From NCBI GenBank assembly GCA_963841585.1, contig CAWJDK010000031.1:182450-246449 (forward strand): a stretch of DNA of 64,000 nt, written 5' to 3'. This DNA comes from an uncultured Actinomycetes bacterium. GTDB taxonomy: Bacteria > Actinomycetota > Actinomycetes > Streptosporangiales > Streptosporangiaceae. Position numbers and translations under genes: made by a program. Below the pieces are notes generated by a model that worked only from the letters and a program-made list of their open reading frames with translations, searched no databases and was not told the origin of the DNA. This document shows positions 43,754-52,229 of the stretch, piece after piece; the stretch's first letter is position 1, and every line of letters starts with the position of its first letter.

Positions 43754-46012
43754 GTGACAACGGTGAGGACGGCGGTCCGGGTGGAGGGGGTCGTGCAGGG
43801 TGTCGGCTTCCGCCCGTTCGTGCACGCGCTGGCTACCGGCCTGGGCCTGACCGGGCTGGTCGGCAACGACCTCGACGGGGTGTTCGCCGAGGTCGAAGGG
43901 CCAGCCGCCGCGGTCAGCGAGTTCTTGCGCCGGCTGGAGCGGGACGCGCCCCCGCTGGCCAGGATCGAGCGCGTCACCGCGATGGCCGTCACGCCGCAAC
44001 GCTCGGCGGAATTCGTCATCGCCGCCAGCGCCGCGGGCTCCGGGCTGCGCCGCACCCTGGTGTCGGCGGACACCGCGACCTGCGCGGACTGCCTGCGCGA
44101 GCTGTCCGACCCGGCGGACCGCCGCCACGAATACCCGTTCATCAACTGCACCAACTGCGGGCCCCGGTTCACCATCGTCCGCGACGTGCCCTACGACCGG
44201 CCGCTGACCACGATGGCGCCGTTCGCCATGTGCGAGCGGTGCGCGGCCGAGTACCACGACCCCGCCGACCGCCGCTTCCACGCCCAGCCCACCTGCTGCC
44301 CGGCCTGCGGCCCCCGGCTCGCCCTGCTCAATTCTGGCGACGACGACAGCACGGACCCGCTCCAGGCGGCCGCCGGACTGCTCCGCCGCGGCCGCGTCCT
44401 CGCCGTCAAGGGGCTGGGCGGCTACCACCTGGCCGCCGACGCCGGCTGCGAGCAGGCCGTGGCCGCGCTGCGCGCGCGCAAGCACCGCGAGGACAAGCCG
44501 TTCGCGGTCATGGCCGCGGACCTGGCCGCGGCCGCGGAACTGGCCGAGGTCGACGCCGCGGCCGCCGCCCTGCTGACCAGCCCGGCCCGCCCGATCGTGC
44601 TGCTCCCGCGACGCCCCGATGCCGCCGTCGCCACCGCCACGGCCCCGGCCAACCGCCACCTCGGCGTCATGCTGCCGTACACTCCGCTGCACCACCTGCT
44701 GCTCGCCGCCGTAGCCCGTCCGATCGTCTTGACTAGCGGGAACGTCTCCGACGAGCCGATCGTCTACCGGGACGACGAAGCCCGGGAGACGCTGAAGGAC
44801 ATCGCGGACGCGTTCCTGACCCACGACCGGGCCATCCACGTCAGGACCGACGACTCGGTGGCCAGGACGTTCCGCGGCCGCCCGATGCTCGTCCGCCGCT
44901 CCCGCGGCTACGTTCCCGAGCCGATTACGACCGGGACCAGCTTCCCGCGCCCGGTGCTGGCCTGCGGCGCCGAGCTGAAGAACACGTTCTGCCTGGCCCG
45001 GGGGCGCCACGCCTTCGTCTCGCACCACATCGGGGACCTGGAGAACGCCGAGACCCTGCGCTCGTTCACCGAGGGCATCGAGCACTTCCGCCGGCTGTTC
45101 GACACCGACCCGCAGGTCGTGGCGCACGACCTGCACCCGGAGTACCTGTCCACCAAGTACGCGATGGAGCTGGACCGGCCGCTGGAAGGCGTCCAGCACC
45201 ACCACGCCCACATCGCCTCCTGCCTGGCCGACAACGGGGAGGACGGTCCGGTCATCGGGGTGGCCTTCGACGGGACCGGCTACGGCACCGACGGAACGAT
45301 CTGGGGCGGCGAGTTCCTGGCCGCCAGCCTGGCCGCCTTCGAGCGCGGTGGCCACCTCGAGCCGGTGCCCATGCCGGGCGGCGCGGCCGCCATCCGGCAG
45401 CCGTGGCGGATGGCGGCGGCCTATACCGGCGACCCCGAGGTCGCCCGCCGTCACCCGGACCAGTGGTCCGCCGTGCTCGCGATGGCCGCCAAGGGCATCA
45501 ACTCCCCGCTCACCTCCAGCGCGGGCCGTCTGTTCGACGCCGCCGCGGCCCTGCTCGGCGTCCGGGACGCGATCAACTACGAGGGCCAGGCCGCGATCGA
45601 GCTCGAGCAGCTCGCCGATCCGGGCGAAACCGGCGCGTACCCGGCCCGGGTCGAGGGGGGCATCCAGGCCGGGGTCCCGTTCCGGATCCGCGGGTCCGAC
45701 CTCCTGCACGCCGTCATCGAGGACCGAACGGACGGCGTTCCCGCCCCGGTCATCGCGGCCCGCTTCCACCATGGCGTGGCCGCGCTGATCGAGGCGGGCT
45801 GCCTGCTCATGCGCGAGCGTTACGGCCTGGACACGGTCGCGCTGTCCGGCGGCGTGTTCCAGAACCTGCTCCTGCTGCGCGCCACGGTGGCCAGGCTGGA
45901 GGCCCGCGGCTTCCGCGTCCTGCTGCACGCCCGCGTCCCGTGCAACGACGGCGGCATCAGCCTCGGCCAGGCCCTGGTCGCGGCTAACCGAGTGGCCGCT
46001 AGCAGATCCTAG
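43754..46012 (+). CDS. hypF: [NiFe]-hydrogenase maturation carbamoyltransferase HypF
   Basis: Acylphosphatase VQGVGFRPFV, two CxxC-x18-CxxC zinc fingers (CADCLRE..CTNCGPRF; CERCAAEY..CPACGPRL), and YrdC and Kae1-like domains. Confidence 0.92.
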   Translation: MTTVRTAVRVEGVVQGVGFRPFVHALATGLGLTGLVGNDLDGVFAEVEGPAAAVSEFLRRLERDAPPLARIERVTAMAVTPQRSAEFVIAASAAGSGLRRTLVSADTATCADCLRELSDPADRRHEYPFINCTNCGPRFTIVRDVPYDRPLTTMAPFAMCERCAAEYHDPADRRFHAQPTCCPACGPRLALLNSGDDDSTDPLQAAAGLLRRGRVLAVKGLGGYHLAADAGCEQAVAALRARKHREDKPFAVMAADLAAAAELAEVDAAAAALLTSPARPIVLLPRRPDAAVATATAPANRHLGVMLPYTPLHHLLLAAVARPIVLTSGNVSDEPIVYRDDEARETLKDIADAFLTHDRAIHVRTDDSVARTFRGRPMLVRRSRGYVPEPITTGTSFPRPVLACGAELKNTFCLARGRHAFVSHHIGDLENAETLRSFTEGIEHFRRLFDTDPQVVAHDLHPEYLSTKYAMELDRPLEGVQHHHAHIASCLADNGEDGPVIGVAFDGTGYGTDGTIWGGEFLAASLAAFERGGHLEPVPMPGGAAAIRQPWRMAAAYTGDPEVARRHPDQWSAVLAMAAKGINSPLTSSAGRLFDAAAALLGVRDAINYEGQAAIELEQLADPGETGAYPARVEGGIQAGVPFRIRGSDLLHAVIEDRTDGVPAPVIAARFHHGVAALIEAGCLLMRERYGLDTVALSGGVFQNLLLLRATVARLEARGFRVLLHARVPCNDGGISLGQALVAANRVAASRS

Positions 46013-47159
46013 GCAGGGGGTCACCCACCAGCAGGTCCACGATCCTGGTCCCGCCGAACGCCGTCTTCAGCTGCACGATCCCCGGCTGCTCGGCCCGGAC
46101 CTGGCCGATGACCGCGGCCTGCTCGCCGAGCGGGTGCGCGCGCAGCGCGGCCACCGCCCGGTCCGCGTCCTCGCCCGGCACCACCGCCACCAGCCGGCCC
46201 TCGCACGCCACGTACATCGGGTCGATGCCGAGCAGTTCGGAGGCGCCGCGCACCTCGGCCCGGACCGGGATCGCGTCCTCGACGGCCAGCACGCCCACGT
46301 CGGCCGCCCTGGCGATCTCGTTGAGGATCGTGGCCACCCCGCCGCGGGTCGCGTCGCGCATGGCCCGCACCCCCGGCACCGCGTCCAGCAGGGCCGCCAC
46401 CAGGCTGTTCAGCGGGGCCGTGTCGGAGCAGATGTCCGCCTCGATGTCCAGCTCGCCGCGGGCCAGCATGATCGTGATGCCGTGGTCTCCGACCGGCCCG
46501 GAGACGATGATGGCGTCACCCGGCTGCGCCTGGGCCACGCCCAGGTTCACGTCCCGCTCGATGACGCCGACCCCGGCGGTGTTGATGTAGCACCCGTCGG
46601 CCTTGCCCTTCTGCACCACCTTGGTGTCGCCGGTGACGACGTGCACCCCGGCCCGTTCGGCCGCCGCCCGCATCAACTCGGTCACCCGCTGCAGGTCGGC
46701 GACGCCGAAGCCCTCCTCCAGGATGAACCCGGCCGACAGGTACAGCGGCGTGGCCCCGGCCACCGACAGGTCGTTGACGGTGCCGTTGACGGCCAGGTCG
46801 CCGATGTCGCCCCCGGGGAAGAACAGCGGGGATACCACGTAGGAGTCGGTGGTGAGCGCGATCCTGGCGCCGCCCACGGCCAGCTGGGCCGCGTCCTCGA
46901 GCGGCTCGAGCAGCGGGTTGCGGAACGCGTCGAGGAACACCGCCTCGATCAGGGTCTGCGTGGCCTTGCCGCCGGACCCGTGCGACATCGTGATGCGCTC
47001 TTCCCTGACCTTGGGGCGGCGCCGCCGCGCGCGGTCGATGCGGTCCAGCACCTGCTGTTCCCGCTCCGCCAGCGGCAGCTGGCGCCGTCCCTCGGCAGCG
47101 AGGCCCTCCGGCCCTAGCTCGGATCGGGCCAGGGCCTCGTCGATCCAGCTCTTGCTCAT
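45999..47159 (-). CDS. hypE: Hydrogenase maturation protein HypE
   Basis: PurM-like fold, ITMSHGSGG, terminal PRIC motif. The 3' end overlaps the hypF 3' end by 14 nt. Confidence 0.92.
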   Translation of the reverse strand: MSKSWIDEALARSELGPEGLAAEGRRQLPLAEREQQVLDRIDRARRRRPKVREERITMSHGSGGKATQTLIEAVFLDAFRNPLLEPLEDAAQLAVGGARIALTTDSYVVSPLFFPGGDIGDLAVNGTVNDLSVAGATPLYLSAGFILEEGFGVADLQRVTELMRAAAERAGVHVVTGDTKVVQKGKADGCYINTAGVGVIERDVNLGVAQAQPGDAIIVSGPVGDHGITIMLARGELDIEADICSDTAPLNSLVAALLDAVPGVRAMRDATRGGVATILNEIARAADVGVLAVEDAIPVRAEVRGASELLGIDPMYVACEGRLVAVVPGEDADRAVAALRAHPLGEQAAVIGQVRAEQPGIVQLKTAFGGTRIVDLLVGDPLPRIC

Positions 47160-48292
47160 GCCCGGCTCGCCCCGGAAGCCTCGGCGACCCGGTTCCGGTT
47201 CATCCGGCCGAAGTTGTAGTAGGCCGCGCAGGCCCCTTCGGGGGATACCATGCAGGTCCCGATCGGGGTCTCCGGCGTGCACGCGGTGCCGAACACCTTG
47301 CACTCCCACGGCTTGAGCACGCCCTTGAGCACCTCGCCGCACTGGCAGGCCTTCGGGTCGGCCACCCGCACCCCGGGCACCTGGAACAGCAGCTCGGCGT
47401 CCATCGCCGCGTACTTCTCGTGTACCTTCAGCGCCGAGTGCGAGATGAAGCCGAGGCCGCGCCACTCGAAGTAAGGCCGCAGCTCCATCGTCTCGCCGAT
47501 GGCCTTCAGCGCCACCAGGTTGCCGTCCCACGGCACCACGCGGGAGTACTGGTTCTCCACCTCGGACCGGCCCTGCGCCAGCTGCTGCATGAGCATGTAG
47601 ATGGACTGCAGGATGTCCAGCGGCTCGAAGCCGGCCACCACGACCGGCTTGCCGTACTGCTTGGCGATGAACTCGTACGGCCGGCAGCCGATCACCGTGG
47701 ACACGTGCCCCGGGCCGATGAAGCCGTCGAGCCGCAGGTCCGGCGAGTCGAGGATGGCCTTGATGGCCGGGACGATCGTGACGTGGTTGCAGAACACCGA
47801 GAAGTTCTTCAGCCCCTCCGCCGCGGCCCGGATCATGGTCATCGCGGTGGACGGCGCGGTGGTCTCGAACCCGATCGCCATGAACACGACCTGCTTGTCC
47901 GGGTTCTGCCGGGCGATCTTGAGCGAATCCAGCGGCGAGTACACCATCCGGATACTGGTGCCCTCGGCGTTGGCGTCGAAGAACGAGCCGCCGCTGCCCG
48001 GCACCCGCATCATGTCGCCGAACGAGGTCATGATCACGTCCGGCTGCGAGGCCAGGTGGATCGCGTCGTCCACCCGCCCCATCGGGATCACGCAGACCGG
48101 GCAGCCCGGGCCGTGTACCAGGGTGATCGACTCGGGCAGGTAGTCCTCGAGGCCATGCTTGTAGATCGTGTGGGTGTGGCCGCCGCACACCTCCATCAAC
48201 TTGTACTGGCGGCCCGGCTCGCACAGCGCCGCGATCTTCGCGGCCAGCGCGTGGGCCTTGTCGGCATCACGGAATTCGTCGACAAACCGCAT
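47156..48292 (-). CDS. hypD: Hydrogenase maturation protein HypD
   Basis: CGGHTHTI, GPGCPVCV, FETTAP, and C-terminal CxxC...C cluster motifs. ATGA overlap with hypE. Confidence 0.92.
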   Translation of the reverse strand: MRFVDEFRDADKAHALAAKIAALCEPGRQYKLMEVCGGHTHTIYKHGLEDYLPESITLVHGPGCPVCVIPMGRVDDAIHLASQPDVIMTSFGDMMRVPGSGGSFFDANAEGTSIRMVYSPLDSLKIARQNPDKQVVFMAIGFETTAPSTAMTMIRAAAEGLKNFSVFCNHVTIVPAIKAILDSPDLRLDGFIGPGHVSTVIGCRPYEFIAKQYGKPVVVAGFEPLDILQSIYMLMQQLAQGRSEVENQYSRVVPWDGNLVALKAIGETMELRPYFEWRGLGFISHSALKVHEKYAAMDAELLFQVPGVRVADPKACQCGEVLKGVLKPWECKVFGTACTPETPIGTCMVSPEGACAAYYNFGRMNRNRVAEASGASRA

Positions 48293-48307
48293 CGTGCCCA
48301 CGCTCCT

Positions 48308-48580
48308 CTACTCGATCAGGGACGCCTTCAGCGCCGCGATCTCGTCCTCGTAGGCCTGGCCGATGCCCTCGAGGAACTGCATGGCCGCGGTCGCCTCCTG
48401 CTCGTCGATCTTCGACAGCGCGAAGCCGACGTGGATCAGCACCCATTCGCCCGGCACCGGCGGATCGTCGCAGAGCAGGCCGATGTTGATCATCCGCCGG
48501 ACCCCGCTCACGTCCACCTTGGCCAGGTCCGGTTGTTCCGGGTGAAGCTCGATGACCTCACCGGGTATGCCGAGGCACAT
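48308..48580 (-). CDS. hypC: Hydrogenase maturation chaperone HypC/HybG/HupF family
   Basis: N-terminal MCLGIPG motif, 90 aa. Confidence 0.9.
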   Translation of the reverse strand: MCLGIPGEVIELHPEQPDLAKVDVSGVRRMINIGLLCDDPPVPGEWVLIHVGFALSKIDEQEATAAMQFLEGIGQAYEDEIAALKASLIE

Positions 48581-49463
48581 GTGAGACCTCCTTCACGGTC
48601 AGCTCCCAGAACACTTGATAGATCGTGGTCTGCGCTTCCTGGACCCGGTGCACCGAGGACGACGGCACCACGAAGAGGTAGTCGATGCTGTCCAGCTCGG
48701 CCATCTTTCCGCCGTCGTAGCCGGCCAGCCCGATGGTGAGCATGCCGCGCCGGCTCGCCTCGTCGAAGGCGCGCAGCAGGTTGGCCGAGTTGCCGCTGGT
48801 GGACAGCCCGACCGCGATGTCGTTCCGGCCGCCGAACGCAGCCAGCTGCCGGGCGAACACCACCTCCACGCCGACGTCGTTGCACAGCGCGGTGACCACC
48901 GAGGTGTCGTTGGCCAGCCCGAACGCGGGCAGCGGGGGAGCGTCCCCACCGGGATTGAGGAACAGGGTGGCGAGCTGGGCGGCGTCGGTGGCGCTGCCGC
49001 CGTTTCCGAAGGCGAACAGCCGCCCGCCCGCGCCGAACCTGGCCGCGGCCTGCGCCGCGCACTCGGCGATCCGCGCCCCGTCCCGCGCGCCGACGGCGCG
49101 ACGCAGCTCGCCGATCTCGGCCGCCTTGGCCACGGTCGAGGCGCGCACCTGGTCGAGCACGGCGGATAGGTCGGTGGTGTCGGAGTACAGGAAGGGATAC
49201 AGGGATTCCATCGCGTCGCTCATGGCCCGCCGCCCCCTACCACGCGCGATGGCCTCCCGGGCGTGCACCAGGATCGTGTCGCCCACGCCGGCGCTCACCA
49301 GGGCCACGCTGACCGTCTCCTCGCCCGCGCCGGTGTTGACCACGGCCATGGCGTCATCCAGCAGCCGCACCACCCGGACCTCGACAGCCGTGTCCGAGCA
49401 GGTGATGCACAGGTCACCGATGCAGGCAGGCCGCCCGCCGACGCCGTCTGGCTCCTGGTTCAT
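48558..49463 (-). CDS. Fusion protein: HypC-like OB domain + SIS (GmhA/DiaA-like sugar-isomerase) domain
   Basis: N-terminus CIGDLCITCSDTAVEVRVVRLLDDAMAVVNTG...VGDTILVHAREAI. SIS part RLFAFGNGGSATDAAQLA...IAVGLSTSGNSANLL...LTIGLAGYDGG. Confidence 0.75.
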   Translation of the reverse strand: MNQEPDGVGGRPACIGDLCITCSDTAVEVRVVRLLDDAMAVVNTGAGEETVSVALVSAGVGDTILVHAREAIARGRGRRAMSDAMESLYPFLYSDTTDLSAVLDQVRASTVAKAAEIGELRRAVGARDGARIAECAAQAAARFGAGGRLFAFGNGGSATDAAQLATLFLNPGGDAPPLPAFGLANDTSVVTALCNDVGVEVVFARQLAAFGGRNDIAVGLSTSGNSANLLRAFDEASRRGMLTIGLAGYDGGKMAELDSIDYLFVVPSSSVHRVQEAQTTIYQVFWELTVKEVSHVPRHTR

Positions 49464-50065
49464 GTCACCACTCCCGGGCCGAGCACGCCCGGCTGCTCGA
49501 AGAACACATGCACCAGCTCCCACAGCACGTGGTACGCGGTCACCTGCAGCTCCTTGACCACCCTGGGGTCGTCCGACGGGATGAGCAGCAGGTGATCGGC
49601 CGCCTTGGCCGCCGCGATCTGGCCGCCGTCCCCGCCGGCCAGGGCGATCGTCAGCAGGCCGCGCTCCCGGGCCGCCTCCAGCCCGGCCAGCACGCTGGGG
49701 CTGTTGCCGTCGGCGGACAGGCCCAGCGCGATGTCGGCGGGATCGGCCAGGTAGCCGATCTGGTGGGCGAAGATCGCGGCCACGCCATCGCGTTCGGCGA
49801 TCCCGCTGACGGTGGCCACGTCGGTGGTGAGCGAGATGGCCGGCAGCGCGCGCTTGCCCACGATGACCGGGTGGACGAACTCGACCGCCACGTGCTGCGC
49901 GTCGGTGCTGGCCGCGCCGACGCCGAACACCACGAGCTGGCCGCCCCGGTGGAAGCGCACCGCCATGGCGTGGCAGGCTGCCGCGACGGCGTCCGCCTGG
50001 CCGGCCAGGTCCTCCGTGGGCCCGCTGCGCAGTTCGAACAGGCGGCGGGCCTCAGACCCGTTCAC
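49460..50065 (-). CDS. SIS-domain protein (second GmhA-like paralog)
   Basis: QLVVFGVGAASTDAQHVAVEF...IALGLSADGNSPSVL...LTIALAGGDGG. GTG start chosen at 50065. ATGA overlap with the downstream gene. Confidence 0.7.
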   Translation of the reverse strand: MNGSEARRLFELRSGPTEDLAGQADAVAAACHAMAVRFHRGGQLVVFGVGAASTDAQHVAVEFVHPVIVGKRALPAISLTTDVATVSGIAERDGVAAIFAHQIGYLADPADIALGLSADGNSPSVLAGLEAARERGLLTIALAGGDGGQIAAAKAADHLLLIPSDDPRVVKELQVTAYHVLWELVHVFFEQPGVLGPGVVT

Positions 50066-50339
50066 CGGTTGCGATCCGTCCGTGTGACACGCTCTCCGCG
50101 AGCTGTCATGACAGCACCGTAGGACACATGTGTATGGGCGTCTAGTGGCCGACAGGACACTTCTGGTAAGAACCACGCATCAGTTGTGTCCGCCCAACCC
50201 CACCCTACGCTTCACCCGCTACCCGGCCGGTCCCCGCGCAGCCTGCTCCCCACATCAGCCCGGCGCCGCTGGGCTCGCGGCTCGGCGCAACGGGCGCGAC
50301 ACCCGTACTCTTCGTCCCTCACACCCCAAGTGGCGAGGT

Positions 50340-50387
50340 ATGAATGTGGCGCTCTGCACAAGAGAATGTGCACAGCGCCATATTCAT
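50340..50387. repeat. Stand-alone hairpin related to the interspersed repeat family
   Basis: ATGAATGTGGCGCTCTGCACA-agagaa-TGTGCACAGCGCCATATTCAT, 21-bp arms with 2 mismatches. It shares the TGAATGT...A(C/T)ATTCA stem base with copies 1-3. Confidence 0.7.
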
Positions 50388-50556
50388 GACAATCCCCGCG
50401 CCCCTGGCGGCTCGCCTCGGGGCAGGGGTGAAAAGGACCTCGCGGGCGAACCGCGGCCCGAGCACCCACGGGTGCGCGAAGTACTCCACGCCCGGGATCG
50501 GTTCAAGGTGATCAGCGCGACCCGGCCGCGCCGCTCGTACAGGACCTCGTCCGCCA

Positions 50557-52128
50557 TCAGGCTTCCTCCAAGGGGGGTCTGGGGGGATGGGTCCCCCCAG
50601 GAGCGGGGGGGTCTGGGGGGGTCGTCCCCCCGGGGGTAAGGAGCCGTTTGAGCACCTTCCCCGACGGGTTCCGCGGCAGCGTGCCGCGGAACTCCACCCG
50701 CCGGGGCACCTTATAGCCGGCCAGCCGCTCCCCGCAGAAGGCCAGCACGTCCGCCTCGGCCAGCGCGTGCCCGGGCCGCGGCACCACGTAAGCCTTGCCC
50801 ACCTCGCCGAGCCGCGGGTCGGGCACGCCGATCACGGCCGCCTCTACCACCCCGTCCAGCCGGGCCAGCACCTGCTCCACCTCGGCCGGGTACACATTGA
50901 AGCCGCCGCAGATGTACATGTCTGTGAGCCGGCCGGTGATGGTCAGGTACCCGTCCGCGTCCAGGCGGCCGGCGTCGCCGGTGTGCAGCCAGCCGTGGCC
51001 GTCGATGGCGGCCTTGGTGGCGTCCGGGTCGTCGAGGTAGCCGAGCATCATGTTCGGCCCGCGCAGCAAGATTTCATCCGAACGGCCGATTTTCACCTCG
51101 AACCCGGCGGCAGCCCGCCCCGACGTGGTGGAAACCAGCTCGGCAGGATCGCCCGGGCGGCACATCGTCGCCACCACCGCCTCGGTCAGCCCGTAGCCGG
51201 TCAGCACGGTCTCGAAGCTCAGTTCGCGCCGCATCCGCTCGACCAGCGCGACCGGCACGTCCGCCGCGCCGGTGACGGCGAGCCGCAGGCTGGACAGGTC
51301 GCGGGCGGCCCGCTCCGGGTGATCCAGGATCATCTGGTAGATCGTCGGCGCCCCGGGCAGCACGGTGATCCGCTCGGCCTCCACCAGCCGCATCGCCTCG
51401 CCCGCGTCGAAGACCGCCTGCGGCACCAGCGCCGCGCCGCTGACCAGGCAGGCGAGAATGCCCGCCTTGTAGCCGAACGTGTGGAAGAACGGGTTGACCA
51501 CCAGGTACCGATCGCCCGGGCCCAGCCGCGCGCAGTCCGCCCAGGCCCGGGCCACCCCGAGGGACCGCTCGTGCGAGGTCATCGCGCCCTTGCTCCGCCC
51601 TGTGGTGCCCGAGGTGAACATGATGTCGCTGACGTCCCCCGGCCGCACCGCCCCCGCCCGGCGCCGGGCCTTTGCCAGCGACCCGGCCTGAAGAAACACA
51701 TCCAGCTCTTCCGGCAGCCGGACGACCAGCCCGAGCCGTTCCAGGTTGTCGGGCCCGGCCGCCCTCAGCAGGTCGCCCAGCCGGTCCACGCCGAGGAAGT
51801 CGCCGGCCACGAACAGGGCCCGCGCGCCGCTGCGGCCGATCACGTCGAGTGCTTCGGGCCCGGTGAACCGCGTGCTGACCGGGACCAGCGCCGCGCCCGC
51901 ACCGAGCGTGCCCAGGGCGATGAGCAGCCACTCGGACCCGTTCGGCGCCCACACCGCCACCCGGTCCCCGGGACCGACGCCGGCCTCGATCAGCACGCCG
52001 CTGACCGCGGTCACCCGCTCGTCCAGCTCGCGGTACGTGAGCCTGCGCCCGCCCGGTTCCGCCACCGCCTCCGCGTCGCCGAAATCCCTCGCCGCCCGGG
52101 CCAGAGCGGCCGGTACCGTCAGCTCCAC
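50557..52128 (-). CDS. Acyl-CoA synthetase (FadD3-like by sequence type and context)
   Basis: FTSGTTGRSKG, TGYGLTE, TGDAGRLDADGYLTITGRLTD, PRNPSGKVLK. GTG 52128 preceded by GGGAGG. The ORF-track TTG at 52185 lies inside the operator-like palindrome. Confidence 0.8.
   Translation of the reverse strand: MELTVPAALARAARDFGDAEAVAEPGGRRLTYRELDERVTAVSGVLIEAGVGPGDRVAVWAPNGSEWLLIALGTLGAGAALVPVSTRFTGPEALDVIGRSGARALFVAGDFLGVDRLGDLLRAAGPDNLERLGLVVRLPEELDVFLQAGSLAKARRRAGAVRPGDVSDIMFTSGTTGRSKGAMTSHERSLGVARAWADCARLGPGDRYLVVNPFFHTFGYKAGILACLVSGAALVPQAVFDAGEAMRLVEAERITVLPGAPTIYQMILDHPERAARDLSSLRLAVTGAADVPVALVERMRRELSFETVLTGYGLTEAVVATMCRPGDPAELVSTTSGRAAAGFEVKIGRSDEILLRGPNMMLGYLDDPDATKAAIDGHGWLHTGDAGRLDADGYLTITGRLTDMYICGGFNVYPAEVEQVLARLDGVVEAAVIGVPDPRLGEVGKAYVVPRPGHALAEADVLAFCGERLAGYKVPRRVEFRGTLPRNPSGKVLKRLLTPGGTTPPDPPAPGGTHPPRPPLEEA
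50572..50637. repeat. Duplicated G-run/C-run module at the 3' end of the fadD3-like gene
   Basis: GGGGGGTCTGGGGGGATGGGTCCCCCC...GGGGGGGTCTGGGGGGGTCGTCCCCCCGGGGG. It encodes the tail PGGT(T/H)PP(D/R)PP x2. Confidence 0.85.
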
Positions 52129-52180
52129 CGCGCCTCCCAACCGCCCCTCCCTAGCCTCCACCGCCCGCCCCTTCCCAGCA

Positions 52181-52194
52181 AGCAAGTGCTTGGT
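52181..52194. promoter_or_regulatory. CAAG-N2-CTTG palindrome (KstR2-type operator candidate) between the divergent fadD3-like and ACAD genes
   Basis: AGCAAGTGCTTGGT read directly. It resembles my recollection of the KstR2 motif. Confidence 0.4.
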
Positions 52195-52229
52195 AGGTTT
52201 AGCCTACGCACCACCCCGAGGAGGCCCAG

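Noticed and set aside
43715-46024. 769-aa minus-strand ORF opposite hypF. Similar long antisense ORFs lie at 39164..41248, 41639..43609, 59219..61174, 1165..2484, 1302..3383 and 50587..52296.
   Set aside because: Each lies antisense to a gene with unmistakable family motifs (HypF zinc fingers, AMP-ligase boxes, MFS, GT87). Each has arginine/glycine/proline-dominated composition and no recognisable domains.
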